A stretch of DNA of 63,642 bases, the filler included, from Perkinsus chesapeaki ATCC PRA-425 (taxonomy: Eukaryota; Protista; Perkinsozoa): NCBI GenBank assembly GCA_013115145.1. It is 8 parts of 8 records of this genome, joined end to end, with 100 filler letters (N's around TTAATTAATTAA, not from the genome) between each part and the next. Parts side by side here need not be neighbours in the genome. Positions count along the whole stretch, not along the records: positions 31,003 to 48,362 come from JAAPAO010000683.1; positions 48,463 to 49,644 come from JAAPAO010002122.1; positions 49,745 to 50,750 come from JAAPAO010002289.1; positions 50,851 to 57,682 come from JAAPAO010001061.1; positions 57,783 to 62,364 come from JAAPAO010001244.1; 3 more parts are not named here. The stretch is one strand, 5' to 3'. The translations under genes and the position numbers were made by a program. Under the pieces are notes generated by a model, which saw nothing but the letters and a program-made list of their open reading frames with translations, had not been told where the DNA came from and ran no database searches. Position 1 is the stretch's first letter. Every line of letters starts with the position of its first letter. This document shows positions 48,290-60,342 of the stretch, piece after piece.

Positions 48290-48362
48290 GGTGTTCATGT
48301 CCCATACACCGAATACTCGTACACCTTCGACTCATGTCTCGAATACTCGTACATTTACGACC
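48290..48362. mobile_element. Partial GTACAC-family arm directly after the pol stop, cut by a gap
   Basis: GGTGTTCATGTCCCATACACCGAATACTCGTACACC resembles 44098-44170. Confidence 0.55.
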
Positions 48363-48462
48363 NNNNNNNNNNNNNNNNNNNNNNNNNNNNNNNNNNNNNN
48401 NNNNNNTTAATTAATTAANNNNNNNNNNNNNNNNNNNNNNNNNNNNNNNNNNNNNNNNNNNN

Positions 48463-49644
48463 GGAGAAGTATATTCCTCGAGGCTTCATTCCTTACGCCT
48501 GGACGAACCAGCCTAAGAAATTGAAGGGTGGATGGAAAAAACGTAGGGGTGGATCTGGTCGCCCCAAAGGTGGAATCAGTGATATCGAGGAAGTTTCTTT
48601 GAAGGCTGGCGACAAGTTGATTAAGGAGTTCGAAGGGCTGAGCTCCCTAAACCAGCACAGTAAGGCGAGGTTCTTCGAACGGTTGGCTGAGGATCACGGA
48701 GTACTACATCTTCTCAAGCCTTCCCAGGACAAGCCGGATAACTCCGCCGCAGTTGGCATTTCTGGTGTGAAGTCTTATGCCTCCAAGCTGAGCCTATCAC
48801 AAAGGCTCAGCTAGAGAGGCTTGCTAGTGACATCAATCGCGACTCGGGGACAAAACTATTCCCAAGTAGATCTACTATCCGAGCCTCACTTTCACAGTAT
48901 AAGACTAACTTCTCTCCGTGATGAATATGTCGTGGCGAAAGATATCCTGAGCTTCGTATGTCAGTTCTTTGGTCTCTCCACCTCTACCACATCAAGAGGA
49001 CTAGCGGACTTGCTGGTTGTAGGCTTAGATTATGGCGGTGGAACGACAAAAGTTGTGGTACGACCTCATGCTATTGAAGGTGGGCACGGATGTTTGGTTT
49101 TACTGCATGCTCGAAAAGATTCGAGGCCTATCACTGAGCTAATTGTTCACGAGCTCGCACCGCTAAACAGTAGATTTCTACTTCGGTACAGCGGGGATAA
49201 TAGGCAGCTTCAGTTCCTGGCTGGGACGTCTGCTAATGCATGCTGGTTGTGTGGGGCGGTCGAAGGAAAGAGAGAGGGACGAAACACTTTCACTTTGTCA
49301 CGTGGCTCCGACCGCTGGGAGTCTGCAACTGTCTGGGAGGCGGAGTATCGTGCGAAGTGTCAGCGTTTGAGAAAGCCGCCTGCTCATATCAATGGACAAA
49401 AGTGGCTCCCGCTGATAAGTAAGGACTCTCTATTACTACCTTGGCTCCACATACTTATGGGTGTCGTGCGGAATGTCTTCGATGGTATGATTCGGTCCGG
49501 AGCATCTCGAGACGATTTGGAGGATCTGTTGAAGACTAAACTTCATATCGCACCCACAAAGCCTATCTCTGGTACCCTCGAGAAGACCAATATCCTGGCC
49601 TTCGCTGGTAAAGATTGCAAGACCTTGGTCGAGAGCTTGAGTAC
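48463..49644 (+). pseudogene. Chapaev/Transib(RAG1)-like DDE transposase fragment with one in-frame TAG (48812-48814)
   Basis: VGLDYGGGTTKV, YSGDNRQLQFLAG..ACWLC and LLLPWLHILMGVV follow the D.GG..K / GD..C.LC / P.LH..LG pattern of CMC/Transib-type transposases, compared from memory. Confidence 0.55.
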
Positions 49645-49744
49645 NNNNNNNNNNNNNNNNNNNNNNNNNNNNNNNNNNNNNNNNNNNNTTAATTAATTAA
49701 NNNNNNNNNNNNNNNNNNNNNNNNNNNNNNNNNNNNNNNNNNNN

Positions 49745-50750
49745 GCTTTTTATAAGATCCGCCTGGGATCGAACCGGGTTCTCCGGATTACTAGCAATGG
49801 ACGCCACTACTACACCAATTGCGTTATATTTGGGCTGAGCTTCGGTCCCTGCTCACTCGGAGGAAAAGTTCTGGTTCTCCTTAATGCGGTCTTCTCTGTT
49901 CTACTCGGTCGGGAGATCAGGATGAAGAGCATTGAGGAGGCCTCAGTCTATTTCTCCGACGTTATAATAGTTGTGTTCTATGATGACATTTGTGTCATGG
50001 GAAATCCCACTAAATGTGCAACTATCATATATTTACTGTGCTACATAGCACAATTGGTAGGCGATTCCTTTCCAGAGGAAAAGAGGGAGGAAATCACGAA
50101 GGAGGGTACACCTTGTCGTCATTTGGGTGTCCTTTGGTCGAAGGACCCAAATGATAGGCTGGTCCTCTCATGTGTCCCGATTGAACAGTCAGCAAGTTTT
50201 GCGCCTGAAATTGTGTCACGGAGAGATATTTTTTCTCTAGCGGGTCATAGATACGACCCACTCAAACTGCACCCCATCGCGCGTTTAGTAGCTGACAGAA
50301 TGCGCCGCTGGGCCGGTCGCTCTGAAGGGGGTAATTCTCGCTCGGCTTGGAACCGACGATGGGAATTGACGGCAAAGCAGATGGGGACATTGCAATGCCT
50401 CCTGAGCCTAGCCGATCAAGACATGAACGGGGCTTGTGAACACCGGAACTTTCCCCCAGACTTCTCTTCGATTGTGGCATACTCTGATGCTTGTGTCTCC
50501 GGCTTCGGGTTCTCGATTTGTATTACAAATGCTGAGTACTCAGTCGATGATCCAGCTACGTGGATGCTTATTGAAGAGTGTGCTGATGAGTACGGTGACA
50601 AGCAACGTTCTTGGCACATCAACAGAAAAGAGTGCCACCCAATGCTATCCGTGCTTCGCCGCATCTTATATTGGATCAGGATTTTACGACGAAGGATACA
50701 CTCAATAAATATCTTTAGTGATAACTCGAGTGCCTTATCTTGGGCGGGTG
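49745..50750 (+). mobile_element. BEL/Pao-like pol fragment (RT C-terminus + RNase H) between gaps
   Basis: AFYKIRL..IFGLSFGP..FYDD..RHLGVLW..SRRDIFSLAGHRYDPL..AYSDAC..IFSDNSSALSW. Confidence 0.75.
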
Positions 50751-52595
50751 NNNNNNNNNNNNNNNNNNNNNNNNNNNNNNNNNNNNNNNNNNNNTTAATT
50801 AATTAANNNNNNNNNNNNNNNNNNNNNNNNNNNNNNNNNNNNNNNNNNNNAGTTGAGCTTGTCAAGGAGTACTGACACGAATGTTTATCTGCATCGCAGG
50901 GCAACCTGGCTCGCTAACTAAACCCCGTCAACGAATAATCTTCGATGTTCCTTCATCACGCAGTCAACTCCACTGGGCCGACGAATTTCGGCGCCGGCTG
51001 CTTCATTACAGCCCATTTTCCCCTGTGAGAGTAATCTCACTTGAAACAAGCCTTTGTTGAGCGCCTTCTTGCCTCGAGGGCGTTCCCATGAACGAGCAAC
51101 ATGCAGTGGCTCAGAGTGGAAAGGCTATCTATACCTTAGCGTGGACAGCTCTTACAGTAGGATACAGTAACTTATGCTCTAACAGGGGAGCAGAATTGAA
51201 GATAAGTTGCTGGTCTGGGAGGTCGTATGTGGAAGGGAATGGCTTGAGTCAAGCCATCTCTATCCACATAATCGTCAAGCCGCTTGACGAACTCCAACAA
51301 TTGGAGTTCAATTTGAGCGGCGAGATTTCCTCTGCGTTAGCGCATTGATGAGCACTGCCTATTAGGCAGTCTGGAATACCAGGAGTCCCTTAAGACCCCC
51401 TAATCGGTCGGAATGACTAAGAGTTAATTCAATTGAGTTGATGGCCCTGTTCCCGAAGTAGCCGGAAAAGTAGATCGATCGAAGGGGCAGAAAAGTGTAC
51501 TAAGATTTGTTGCTCGACTGTCGATTCAGTTGTGTTGTCATGGCGAGTTGCATGAAAACAAGTTCGCGAACCCTTTCAACGTGAAGGTCAGGGGGATGGC
51601 AGCACTGACGGAGTAGCCGATAGGACATGATCACATCGTAATCCGCAACTAGTGGATGTCAGTGGAATTGTGTGAATGGATCTTGTTGATAACAAGCTGT
51701 TATTTCAACTGACTGACAATGCAAGGATGTAACTCACAAGCATTTAAACCTTACACACTATAGGTAGCGACTGGCACTACCGATAATCGATTGACATTAC
51801 TTGTACAATACTCGATGAAATTATTGTACCGGCTACCAGGACAGTAAAAGCATCTGAAAAACAGGCGTGCGGTATTGCCGTACCGTATGAGTACGGTACG
51901 TCTGAGACGGGGCAATCTCCTAATGAGCCATGGAGTTCATGAGACGCGGAGTAATTGGTGTGTCCCGCCCGTTCCCGCTTGTTCGTCGCCACTCTAGACT
52001 ATTGTATACACTCTTGATGTTGAGTTGAGTTTAAATTCTAGCCAGTTGACTGTGTGAAGGCACTGACTGCTAGAGTGAGACTGCCTGCCCTGAATCTAGT
52101 AACGTATGTGACCCAGTTGCTATCTGGCCCAGATAATCTGGGCTTTCCATTTCCCTCCCTAATTGACACTTCAAGTGTCACACATGCAACGCAATTCCGC
52201 TAGTGGAGCACGTAGAGATCGTTTCTCGACAGCTAGAGTAATGAGCGTTACCTTTGAATATTCAATATGGCCGTTCAGCGAAGCTCATAACTGAGATCTG
52301 AAAACCGTTCACCTGACAGATCTCAGCAACCCCGCCAAAGCGCAAATCAGACGCCCAGATGAGAATGTTCGAAGGATGATATGATAATATCTGCCAGACA
52401 TTATCATGCCAGATATCGTCTGGCAAAGACTAAAGCTGATAAAAATCGGACTTCCGATGAACATGATTATGAGGCTACTTCTGCGCTCCGAGAAACCTTT
52501 TCAATACACCTGAAATTAGAAGGAACTAACCAGCCATGGTGGCTTGGATTACTTTGATGAATGTGCTATGTAAAGGTCGTACTGTCTCAGAGTGG

Positions 52596-55283
52596 TCATA
52601 TCGCTACCAAGTTGCGAGAGATAAAATCATTGACAAATCGTAAGGATTCTGCGGGTTTCTCGCGAGGAACACCATGGCCGGCGTTATACACCTGAAAGGA
52701 AAGCGTCGCAGTATCTCATATCCAACCAAAGAAGGGCGCTCATTGCTAAGGAATTTAAAACAGGACTTGGAGAACTCACCTGGACGAATGTATAAAGCCC
52801 ACGTTCAATACTTCTTCTCAGCCCAATAACTCGACCGGTATTATCCTGAGAGTAGAACAGATCTCGCCCAAAAACAACTTTCGTGTAAGCAAAACTCAAT
52901 GAGAGTCCCGATGTAATCCCTTGAGGATTAGTTTGGGCCGAACTGTTTGGCATAATGGGGCAGGCAGCGAAAAAGATAGCATCTTTTATATGACTACCTT
53001 AACAGGAACGTCTAGTGCGGCTTTGAAAGCCTCCTTTTTGGACCATTCCAGACCCAACATCCATTGCTTGAGCCCCAAGTAGTTACAGACATAGTCACGG
53101 TCACCAGCCATAACCATAACCTATTTAAGTAGATCAACCAAACTTATAAGTTTTACTTATACTCACACGGACACCAGACTCCAACAAACTTGGAATACTT
53201 TGGTCTACCTTGAGGAGGGAACAATATTTGAGATTACTATTGAATACCTGCTGAGTTTACTAGCAACATCTCGCACTGCTCTCACCTCCTTGCTCATTTC
53301 GACATAGTCACCCCTAACGCCGAAAAAAAGCTTCACCATGGTGCTGTTCATGTACTCCTGGACCTGCCTCGTCGAACGATACCTCACCTACCTCTTCTGA
53401 AGTACCCTACGTTAGGTGGAAGCTCCTGATTATCACACCCTTGTGGTAGCTGGTCTCGCGGATGAGGGCAAGTTTGAGGTAGATCGTATCTGGAATCCAT
53501 CGTCAAGGTCCGTCTACTCCGTATTAATCACAGATTGTAGCCGTTGTTCACCACAGGTAAATTTACCATTCCTCCACAGAAAAAATAAGCCGTTTCGCAC
53601 AAGGTATCTGAGGCGCAGATACAAACAGGTCGCCCGGCAGCCCTCCTGCGTCATGTCTAGCTTTCTAGCTTTCTCAAACTGTCTAGCTTTCATCCACTTA
53701 CTTTTAACATTACATGCTTTGATTTTTTCAAGGCAATCAGGCATCGCTGCCACCATTTGATCATACCTGATATTATTCGGAATAACCGCCTGATACGGTT
53801 GAGCCTGATCGCAAGCTCACTGGTCTTGAGATATAACAGGACTAGTAGTGGGGCTTTTGAAAGCCATTTCGGGATAAGAAGGGTACCTGACAATCTCAGC
53901 GCTACCAAGGACGTGCATCACGCGAGGTATTCGCGGCAGCATACACGCAGTCAATTTGACTGAGTCAAATCATTTGACTCAAATGAGACCGCACTGGAAA
54001 GAGAGGATACGGGCGGACGATGTCCGCCACACAATGACATTGTCCACCGGACATTCATGTGGCGGTTAGTCCGAAAACTGGCAACTCAGTGGTCGGCGAG
54101 GTCTTGCGAACAAACGAGAAATATCAACAAGGAAAAAAACAGAAGAGAGTTCTAGAAACGCAGTCAGATGGAGGAAGTCGCCGCTAGGAATGGCCCTACA
54201 GAGATGAGATCCGCTAAACTCTGGGCCTCAGACAGTACAACGGGAAAGACAATACACCCTACTGTGACAAAGCATCTATCATGGCATTCACGAATATGAG
54301 TCCCTCGAGGGCAATGGTCGACTGGCGCACAATTGCAGCGACCTGTGGAAGGAGATGACCTGAGGAATGTCGAATAGAGTCATGTCTCCAGCAGCAACTG
54401 GTCTCCAACCGTTCAGAGGACTGTCAGGGGCTTGAAGACAACAACTCCAATAGAAAGCTAATCACTCACCTCCACCTGACATCCCTACTAGGTAGAAGCC
54501 TCCTTTGTAACGAGTATAACCAAAGAGAAGCTTTATAAAGTTGCATCTGACAAGAGTGACGAGTGTCCGACCTACTCGACTACTGTGTACTAGCGCCTTT
54601 GATTGAACAAGTTTAGAGGCGCAAATTACGCACGCCCCCGCGCTACGATTTTCGGAGACTTTAGGATGCAGAAGATGTACGTCGAGGGCACCTACATATT
54701 ATTGACAACTTCTCTCTCGGTCTTCTCAACTGATGAACCAGTACTAAACCCAACACCAACGGGATGATCCAACCAAACAACGTTTGCTTTAGTTGTCCAC
54801 GAGTATCTAAACCAGGAGTTGCTCATTCGTGAATGGAAGGAAATTGTACGGGTTCCGTTCCACGGATGTACCATCAGAGTTAACTGTGCACGGTCCATTT
54901 TGAGAGACGGTGAAGGTAGTAGAGGCTCCCGCAGGCCCCGCACTCAATACTAAGAATACAGGATCGTTGGAAGGATCATTACGAGACTCGAACGTCCAGA
55001 AGAAGTACCTAAGCAACAACCATCATTTTGAATGCCATCATTACCAACTGCTACGAAGCAACGGCAAAAATGAGAACGAGTTTATAATGCCTCACTCTTT
55101 GCCAGGATTCACTTTATATCGTCCGGAAGCCTGGTTAACTGTGGGATCACAGAGGCCGCCCTTGCCCGTGTGCAGGATCTCAATAGTTTCATTACCTGTA
55201 TAATTACCGTACGAGAGTACGTCTAGGCTTAGGACATACCACAGTATACACAGGGCAGGCTGAGCAGCAACACGAAGATGCAC
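52596..55283 (-). pseudogene. Second S10 serine carboxypeptidase; nucleophile exon(s) replaced by about 0.75 kb of unrelated sequence
   Basis: N-half YFFWTFESRNDP..SAGPAG..NGPC..SWTTKANVVWLDHPVGVGFS. C-half AGDRDYVCNYLG..LEWSKKEAF..VYNAGHGVPREKP. No GxSY motif found in 53940-54690. Confidence 0.7.
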
Positions 55284-58200
55284 AAGGAGATCATTTAAGG
55301 TCCTTTAAACGCGCTGGAAGAAGATAGCCGCCCCAACTACTGAATTAGATGGGTGGTGATACGAGTCACAAGTTAACTCTACGACTTGGCGCTGTGGAAC
55401 ACTCAAGGAGTGTGTAAGGAGACGCTCCCCCCCGATACTTCATAGGGCAACCCATACCCGAATCTTAATTCCATATCTCAGAAATTGAGCTAAGAAAATA
55501 TACAGTAGATGTAATAGTATAACCTGATAATAGCTTACAACTCATCTTGAATCAGAGTCGTTGGTGCGACTCTGATTCAGCTCAGTCGAAGTGTATTCGA
55601 GCGCAAGCACTGACGCGCGGAGATTGATAGCAGTAAATGAATGGACTTCTCAATGACTAGCGCAGGTTTTCCTGAGAGGGAGCGCCTCTCTCACCGAGGC
55701 AATGATGAAAGTAACTATCAAAACTGGCCGATTCTGCGTTGTGCGCCACCCGCTCCCTTGTACATGCGTGCACAGGTAGTTCCCCTGCGAAAGTAAGCTA
55801 AGCAAGAAGAAGACTTTGTAGACTACCTTCTTGTCTCGTGTTCGTCTATATGAACGAGTAACAAGCAACAGATTCCCAGTAGGACCTCTTGACACTAGTT
55901 GCATTATTTGGAGCGAAACCTACTGTATGAGAATTAATCTCTCGTACGAAAGCTGCACATAGTGTGACGCCCTAACTGACTAGTAGTCAGTGAATGTGAG
56001 ATACAACTTACTTCTGTATGTCTACATTAAGAAGTATTTGCATGCCTGAGTTCGAGAGAGCCGCCGCGAGAAGCACTGATTGTATGGATCGCCGTGATGA
56101 CGCTCGAGAAAGAGCTGGGAATAACGTTAAACAGCTACTCGCCTACCTCTTCTTAGGAGCGGGTGGCACGTAGACATTGGAGTTTCACCTGGCTTAGGTC
56201 AAAAAATGGTTTACGCGAAGTGCTTTTCGAAATCTAGACTTTCGACATGAGCCTTAAGCCATAAGGATACAGTTGACGAACCTGACGCACAATAAGATCC
56301 AGCGACGGGCCGAGTGAAACAGCTAGAACACTAAGAAGAACAACGGCGCGTTGTCAACGGGGGACCATCGATTGGTGACTTTACATTGCGTATCTTATCG
56401 GTGATAACCGTTATCACTGATAACGATAGTACAAGTGACCGAGACTGTAACACAGTGCATGCTACGGAGACGTGCGGCATTGCCGTACCGTATGAGGGCA
56501 AGTGCTGATGATTATGCTTGGCCTACTTCGGTACCATCGAGACGCCTTAACTGACCCTGAGTAGCCAATTGTGCAAACCGTATGTCTATCAGTGTCCAAA
56601 CTTTGGACTCCAAAGTGCCGCTTGATCAGAACGATAGAAAAGTTTTATCAAAGGCTCAGCCTCGGGTGCACTCCACTAAGATTACCTACTGAAGTTTACT
56701 AGGTAGTCTTAATGCGGTGCACCCAATTACTAAGTCAATCTGGGTAAAATAGCGATCGGGATGGTCGCTTTGCTAGCCTGGCTCTCTCTTCGCGGCAGTC
56801 GCATTCTGAGTGAAATGCCTTGAGAGCAACTGGGCCTGGTTCGACAGTTGACACTTAACTGTTACTATTCATGTCTGCCAATGTCAGTGTACTATTCGCA
56901 GACAGTATTAATATTCGGCACACGAAGTGTTTCGAAGTAAAATCTAGACTAGTCCGCCTCTCGGTCACGCACGCATGCGCATCGGAGAGATGTCACGCTT
57001 CTTTATAAGAACCTCATGGTGAGAGTTAGTGTCGGTAATGCATCCGAGCTTTGATTGTCATCTTTCTTGAAAGTGACAACGAAGCTGAGACGGGAGACCC
57101 CTCTGTTCATCTGCGGGTTGCGCTCCTCGGCTCCACGTTCTCCTTACACGAGGCGTAACACGTTTTCGGGTTCTGAATCAGAACTTCTGATGCATGCGTC
57201 GGACCGGCAGACCAACTACCTGGTCCTGCCCTCGGCCTCATGAAGGCTACCTCTCGCGCTGGACGACGGCCTAGAGTAGTACACTAAGCTGGGTTTGGTC
57301 CACGTCCGTAGTTCGTGACCCCTAGTTACGACTACCGACCAGGGTGCATGGCATACCCGCCTTACTTCTCGGGCCGAGTTCATGCGAGTGTCCAGACACT
57401 GTACTCGAGCTGACTTACTTGAGCGGGGCCAAGTTGGGCCTCTTTAGTTCCTGACGGCGACGGGACGTGCCCGTCGTTCAGACGTGTTTCACGAGCACAA
57501 ACTACCGCAGAGCCTGTGTGCAATCTTATACGAGGTACTACCTCGTATCAGGAGGTACCTCGGTAGTAGCCGCATGGGGGACATCCACGGTTGTTCTGGG
57601 TACCCCTCGGTGTGGATGGTCAAACCCAAGCAAAGAAGTATATTACAAGCAATCCCGGAAAATCTGAGCTAAAGCTGTTAATNNNNNNNNNNNNNNNNNN
57701 NNNNNNNNNNNNNNNNNNNNNNNNNNTTAATTAATTAANNNNNNNNNNNNNNNNNNNNNNNNNNNNNNNNNNNNNNNNNNNNCCACTCTTACCAACGTCA
57801 TATCCAGGAAGAGACCACGGTTAGAGGGCCGGACGAAGAATTGATGATGATAGAGTTGGATTGTGTGGCTGCGTACAGGAATGTACCTATTAAAGAGTCG
57901 GAGCGAAAATATTGCATGAATTTTGTACCACCGAAAGAGGCTAAACCCGGAATACTGATATGCCACTCTCGTTTACCTTTCGGTTTAAGTCCATCAGGCC
58001 TTCTATGGGTGCGAGTCTACAGTGGAGTCATTATTATTATTAAAAGATTGATAGCCTTCGAAGACGCTGAGGGCGTACAAGTGTACATAGACGATTTGAA
58101 CTACCTAACGGTAAGAGGCAAGGTAGCCATCAAGCTGATTGAAATACTACTATTACATGAGGTCATCGGTGTCGACCTCTCGTACCACAAAATACGGGTA

Positions 58201-58896
58201 TCATCGACACCAGTAGTACTGGGATTTCAATGGGATTTGAGTGTCGGCACAGTAACGGTTGCGATTGATAGGCAAAAGAGATTATTAGATCAGATATCTC
58301 CTCTAGTGGGCCCAAATACTACAAATAAGTCGGTATCAGTGCAGCTACTACAGTCCATAATAGGCAGATCTGCTTGGATGGCCCAAATCATTTGTCAGTT
58401 TCGCCCTTGGCTGAAACCACTCTATGGCAGGCTAGGTATTGCCAGGCGCAAGGAACTACGTGCGATTAACCTGACAACGGAAGCGTCGGAGAGTCTACGT
58501 TTTATACTTCACTGTCTTGAGAAGCCTACCAGCATAAGCTCGAACACTTGGGCACTCCTGGGGGCAGGATGCAGGCTCGACGGTAACGAATCGGTAGGAG
58601 TAGTCGTATCCGATGCGTCGCTCCATTCGATGGCCGCGTTAGTGATGTTACCAGAAGCTTCATATTGGTTCATGCTCTCCAGCGCACAGAAAGAAGTTCG
58701 CTCTTTGGTGAATAAGAATATCGACAAGCCTGAGGAAGAAAAATGGACAAGTGGAGATATCTCATCTTTAGAATTGATAGCAGCGCTCGGAGGCGCGAGC
58801 TTACTTCCGACAAGATCTCCGGGCTTGCTACTGTGTGACAACATAGCAGCGGTGGAAGCCATAAACCGAGCTGCAGGGAGAGCAGCCAGAATGAAT

Positions 58897-60052
58897 GGGA
58901 TGTTAACCATTGGTACACATACATTAGGTACACTTAATGTTTAATCTCCACAAATCACGTTCATACTCAACTCGTTTGCTTCAAACACGTACACAGTCAG
59001 CTCGTTCGCTCCTATTCAGATCATCGGCAGTTCGACCACCAAAAGTACGTTCACTATTATCTCGTATCCATAAGCTCGGTACACTTGCATTCAGTACACT
59101 AAAAGTTCGTACACTTTCATTTCGTTCACCCCCATCTCATACACCAAAATCTCAATCCACACTTTTTTCATACACGCATATCTCGTACACTTTCATTTCG
59201 TACACTCGTCCTGCTCTCACTTAAAAAGACCAACATGGGATTCGTACCGACAACCTCCGGAAGTATAGCACCCACGCTTACCACGTGACCACGTCAACCA
59301 CAGATATAATAATCTCAGTGTTCCTTTCACCCTCGCAGGACATCTGCGCCGCTCCGCCGGTGATTCCTCGACATATTTCAATCTTTTACAATTTGCCCGT
59401 TTGCAACTTAAGTGCTTATTCTGCATAATGCATTTCCCATAGTTACTTTGCCATGTCTATCGCTTCAAACGACTCGGCCGATAGCTTTATACAAAACTAC
59501 CCGTTCGAGAAAGCAAATGGTAACTCTTCTGACGATGACGGTAATATCAATTCCATATGATTGGGTTATTTAGTATGAGCTTGCGACCAATGTCATCTAC
59601 TTCTGCATCGCCATTCTACCATTAGTGAGCACGATCATCGTTGATCACCACAGACATGGTAGAACGGGACTCCCTTACGAGAGCGCTCGATGTCAAATTC
59701 TTCAGCTCGCTATTCGCAGATTACGAGGCCCTACCTGGATTTGAACTCGCGGTCTCCGGATTAAAGGTACCGTGCTCTGCCAGTTGGACAGAAAAAACTC
59801 AGCGTAAGTGTACGAACACTTGTGTGTACGACTTTGAGATGAACGAAATCAAACTGAACCGAATTTTAGTGTACGACATACAAGTGAACGAGATTTTTGT
59901 GTACTACTTGGCCCTGAACCAATTTTTGGTGTATCACATTTTGTCGACAGAGATTTGAGTGTACGGGAATTTGGTGTACCAGTTAAAAGTCAAAAATTCT
60001 GTGTACGAGTTTCATGTGTACTTAATTTATGTGTACCAATCGTTATACACCC
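58897..60052. mobile_element. Non-autonomous GTACAC-repeat DNA transposon, copy B, with 8-bp TSD GAATGAAT
   Basis: GAATGAAT at 58889-58896 and 60053-60060 flanks GGGATGTTAACCATTGG...CCAATCGTTATACACCC. Confidence 0.92.
59727..59789 (-). pseudogene. 5'-truncated, decayed tRNA-like sequence (Lys-TTT-like loop) inside copy B
   Basis: GTCCAACTGGCAGAGCA-CGGTA-CCTTTAA-TCCGG-AGACC-GCGAG-TTCAAAT-CCAGG-TAGGGCC. Stems are poorly paired. Confidence 0.6.
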
Positions 60053-60342
60053 GAATGAATAACATCGTGATGAAGACCTCTCAGATGTTGGCGTTTGGCA
60101 GGGGGCTGAAGGCAGCTCATATTACAACACATGACAATTGGCTGGTTGATAGACTATCACGCACCTTAGATATCGTTGACGCGAGAGAACTGATGAGAGG
60201 ATCTAGTTTCCAAGAAGTTGATGGTTTGTACCTACTACACAACTTATTAGACCAATCAATTTACTGAGAAGGTTTACCAGTCAGAAATCAGTGTCGGGTT
60301 AGTGTTTAATTGGGCCAACATCCTTAGTTGTGAGTTTTGTCA

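Larger units (their letters stand above)
57783..60267 (+). pseudogene. Pol (RT + RNase H) of a third YR retroelement, interrupted at 58897-60052
   Basis: LDCVAAYRNVPI, RLPFGLSPS, YIDD, VSDAS, ELIA, CDN. After removing the insertion, RMN|NIVMKT..HITTHDNWLVDRLSR is in frame. Confidence 0.9.

Noticed and set aside
49757-49817. Antisense tRNA-like string (GGTGTAGTAGTGG...CCCGGTTCGATCCCAGG)
   Set aside because: It lies in frame within RT coding sequence (AFYKIRLGSNRVLRITSNGRHYYTNCVIFG), so it is best explained as coincidence.
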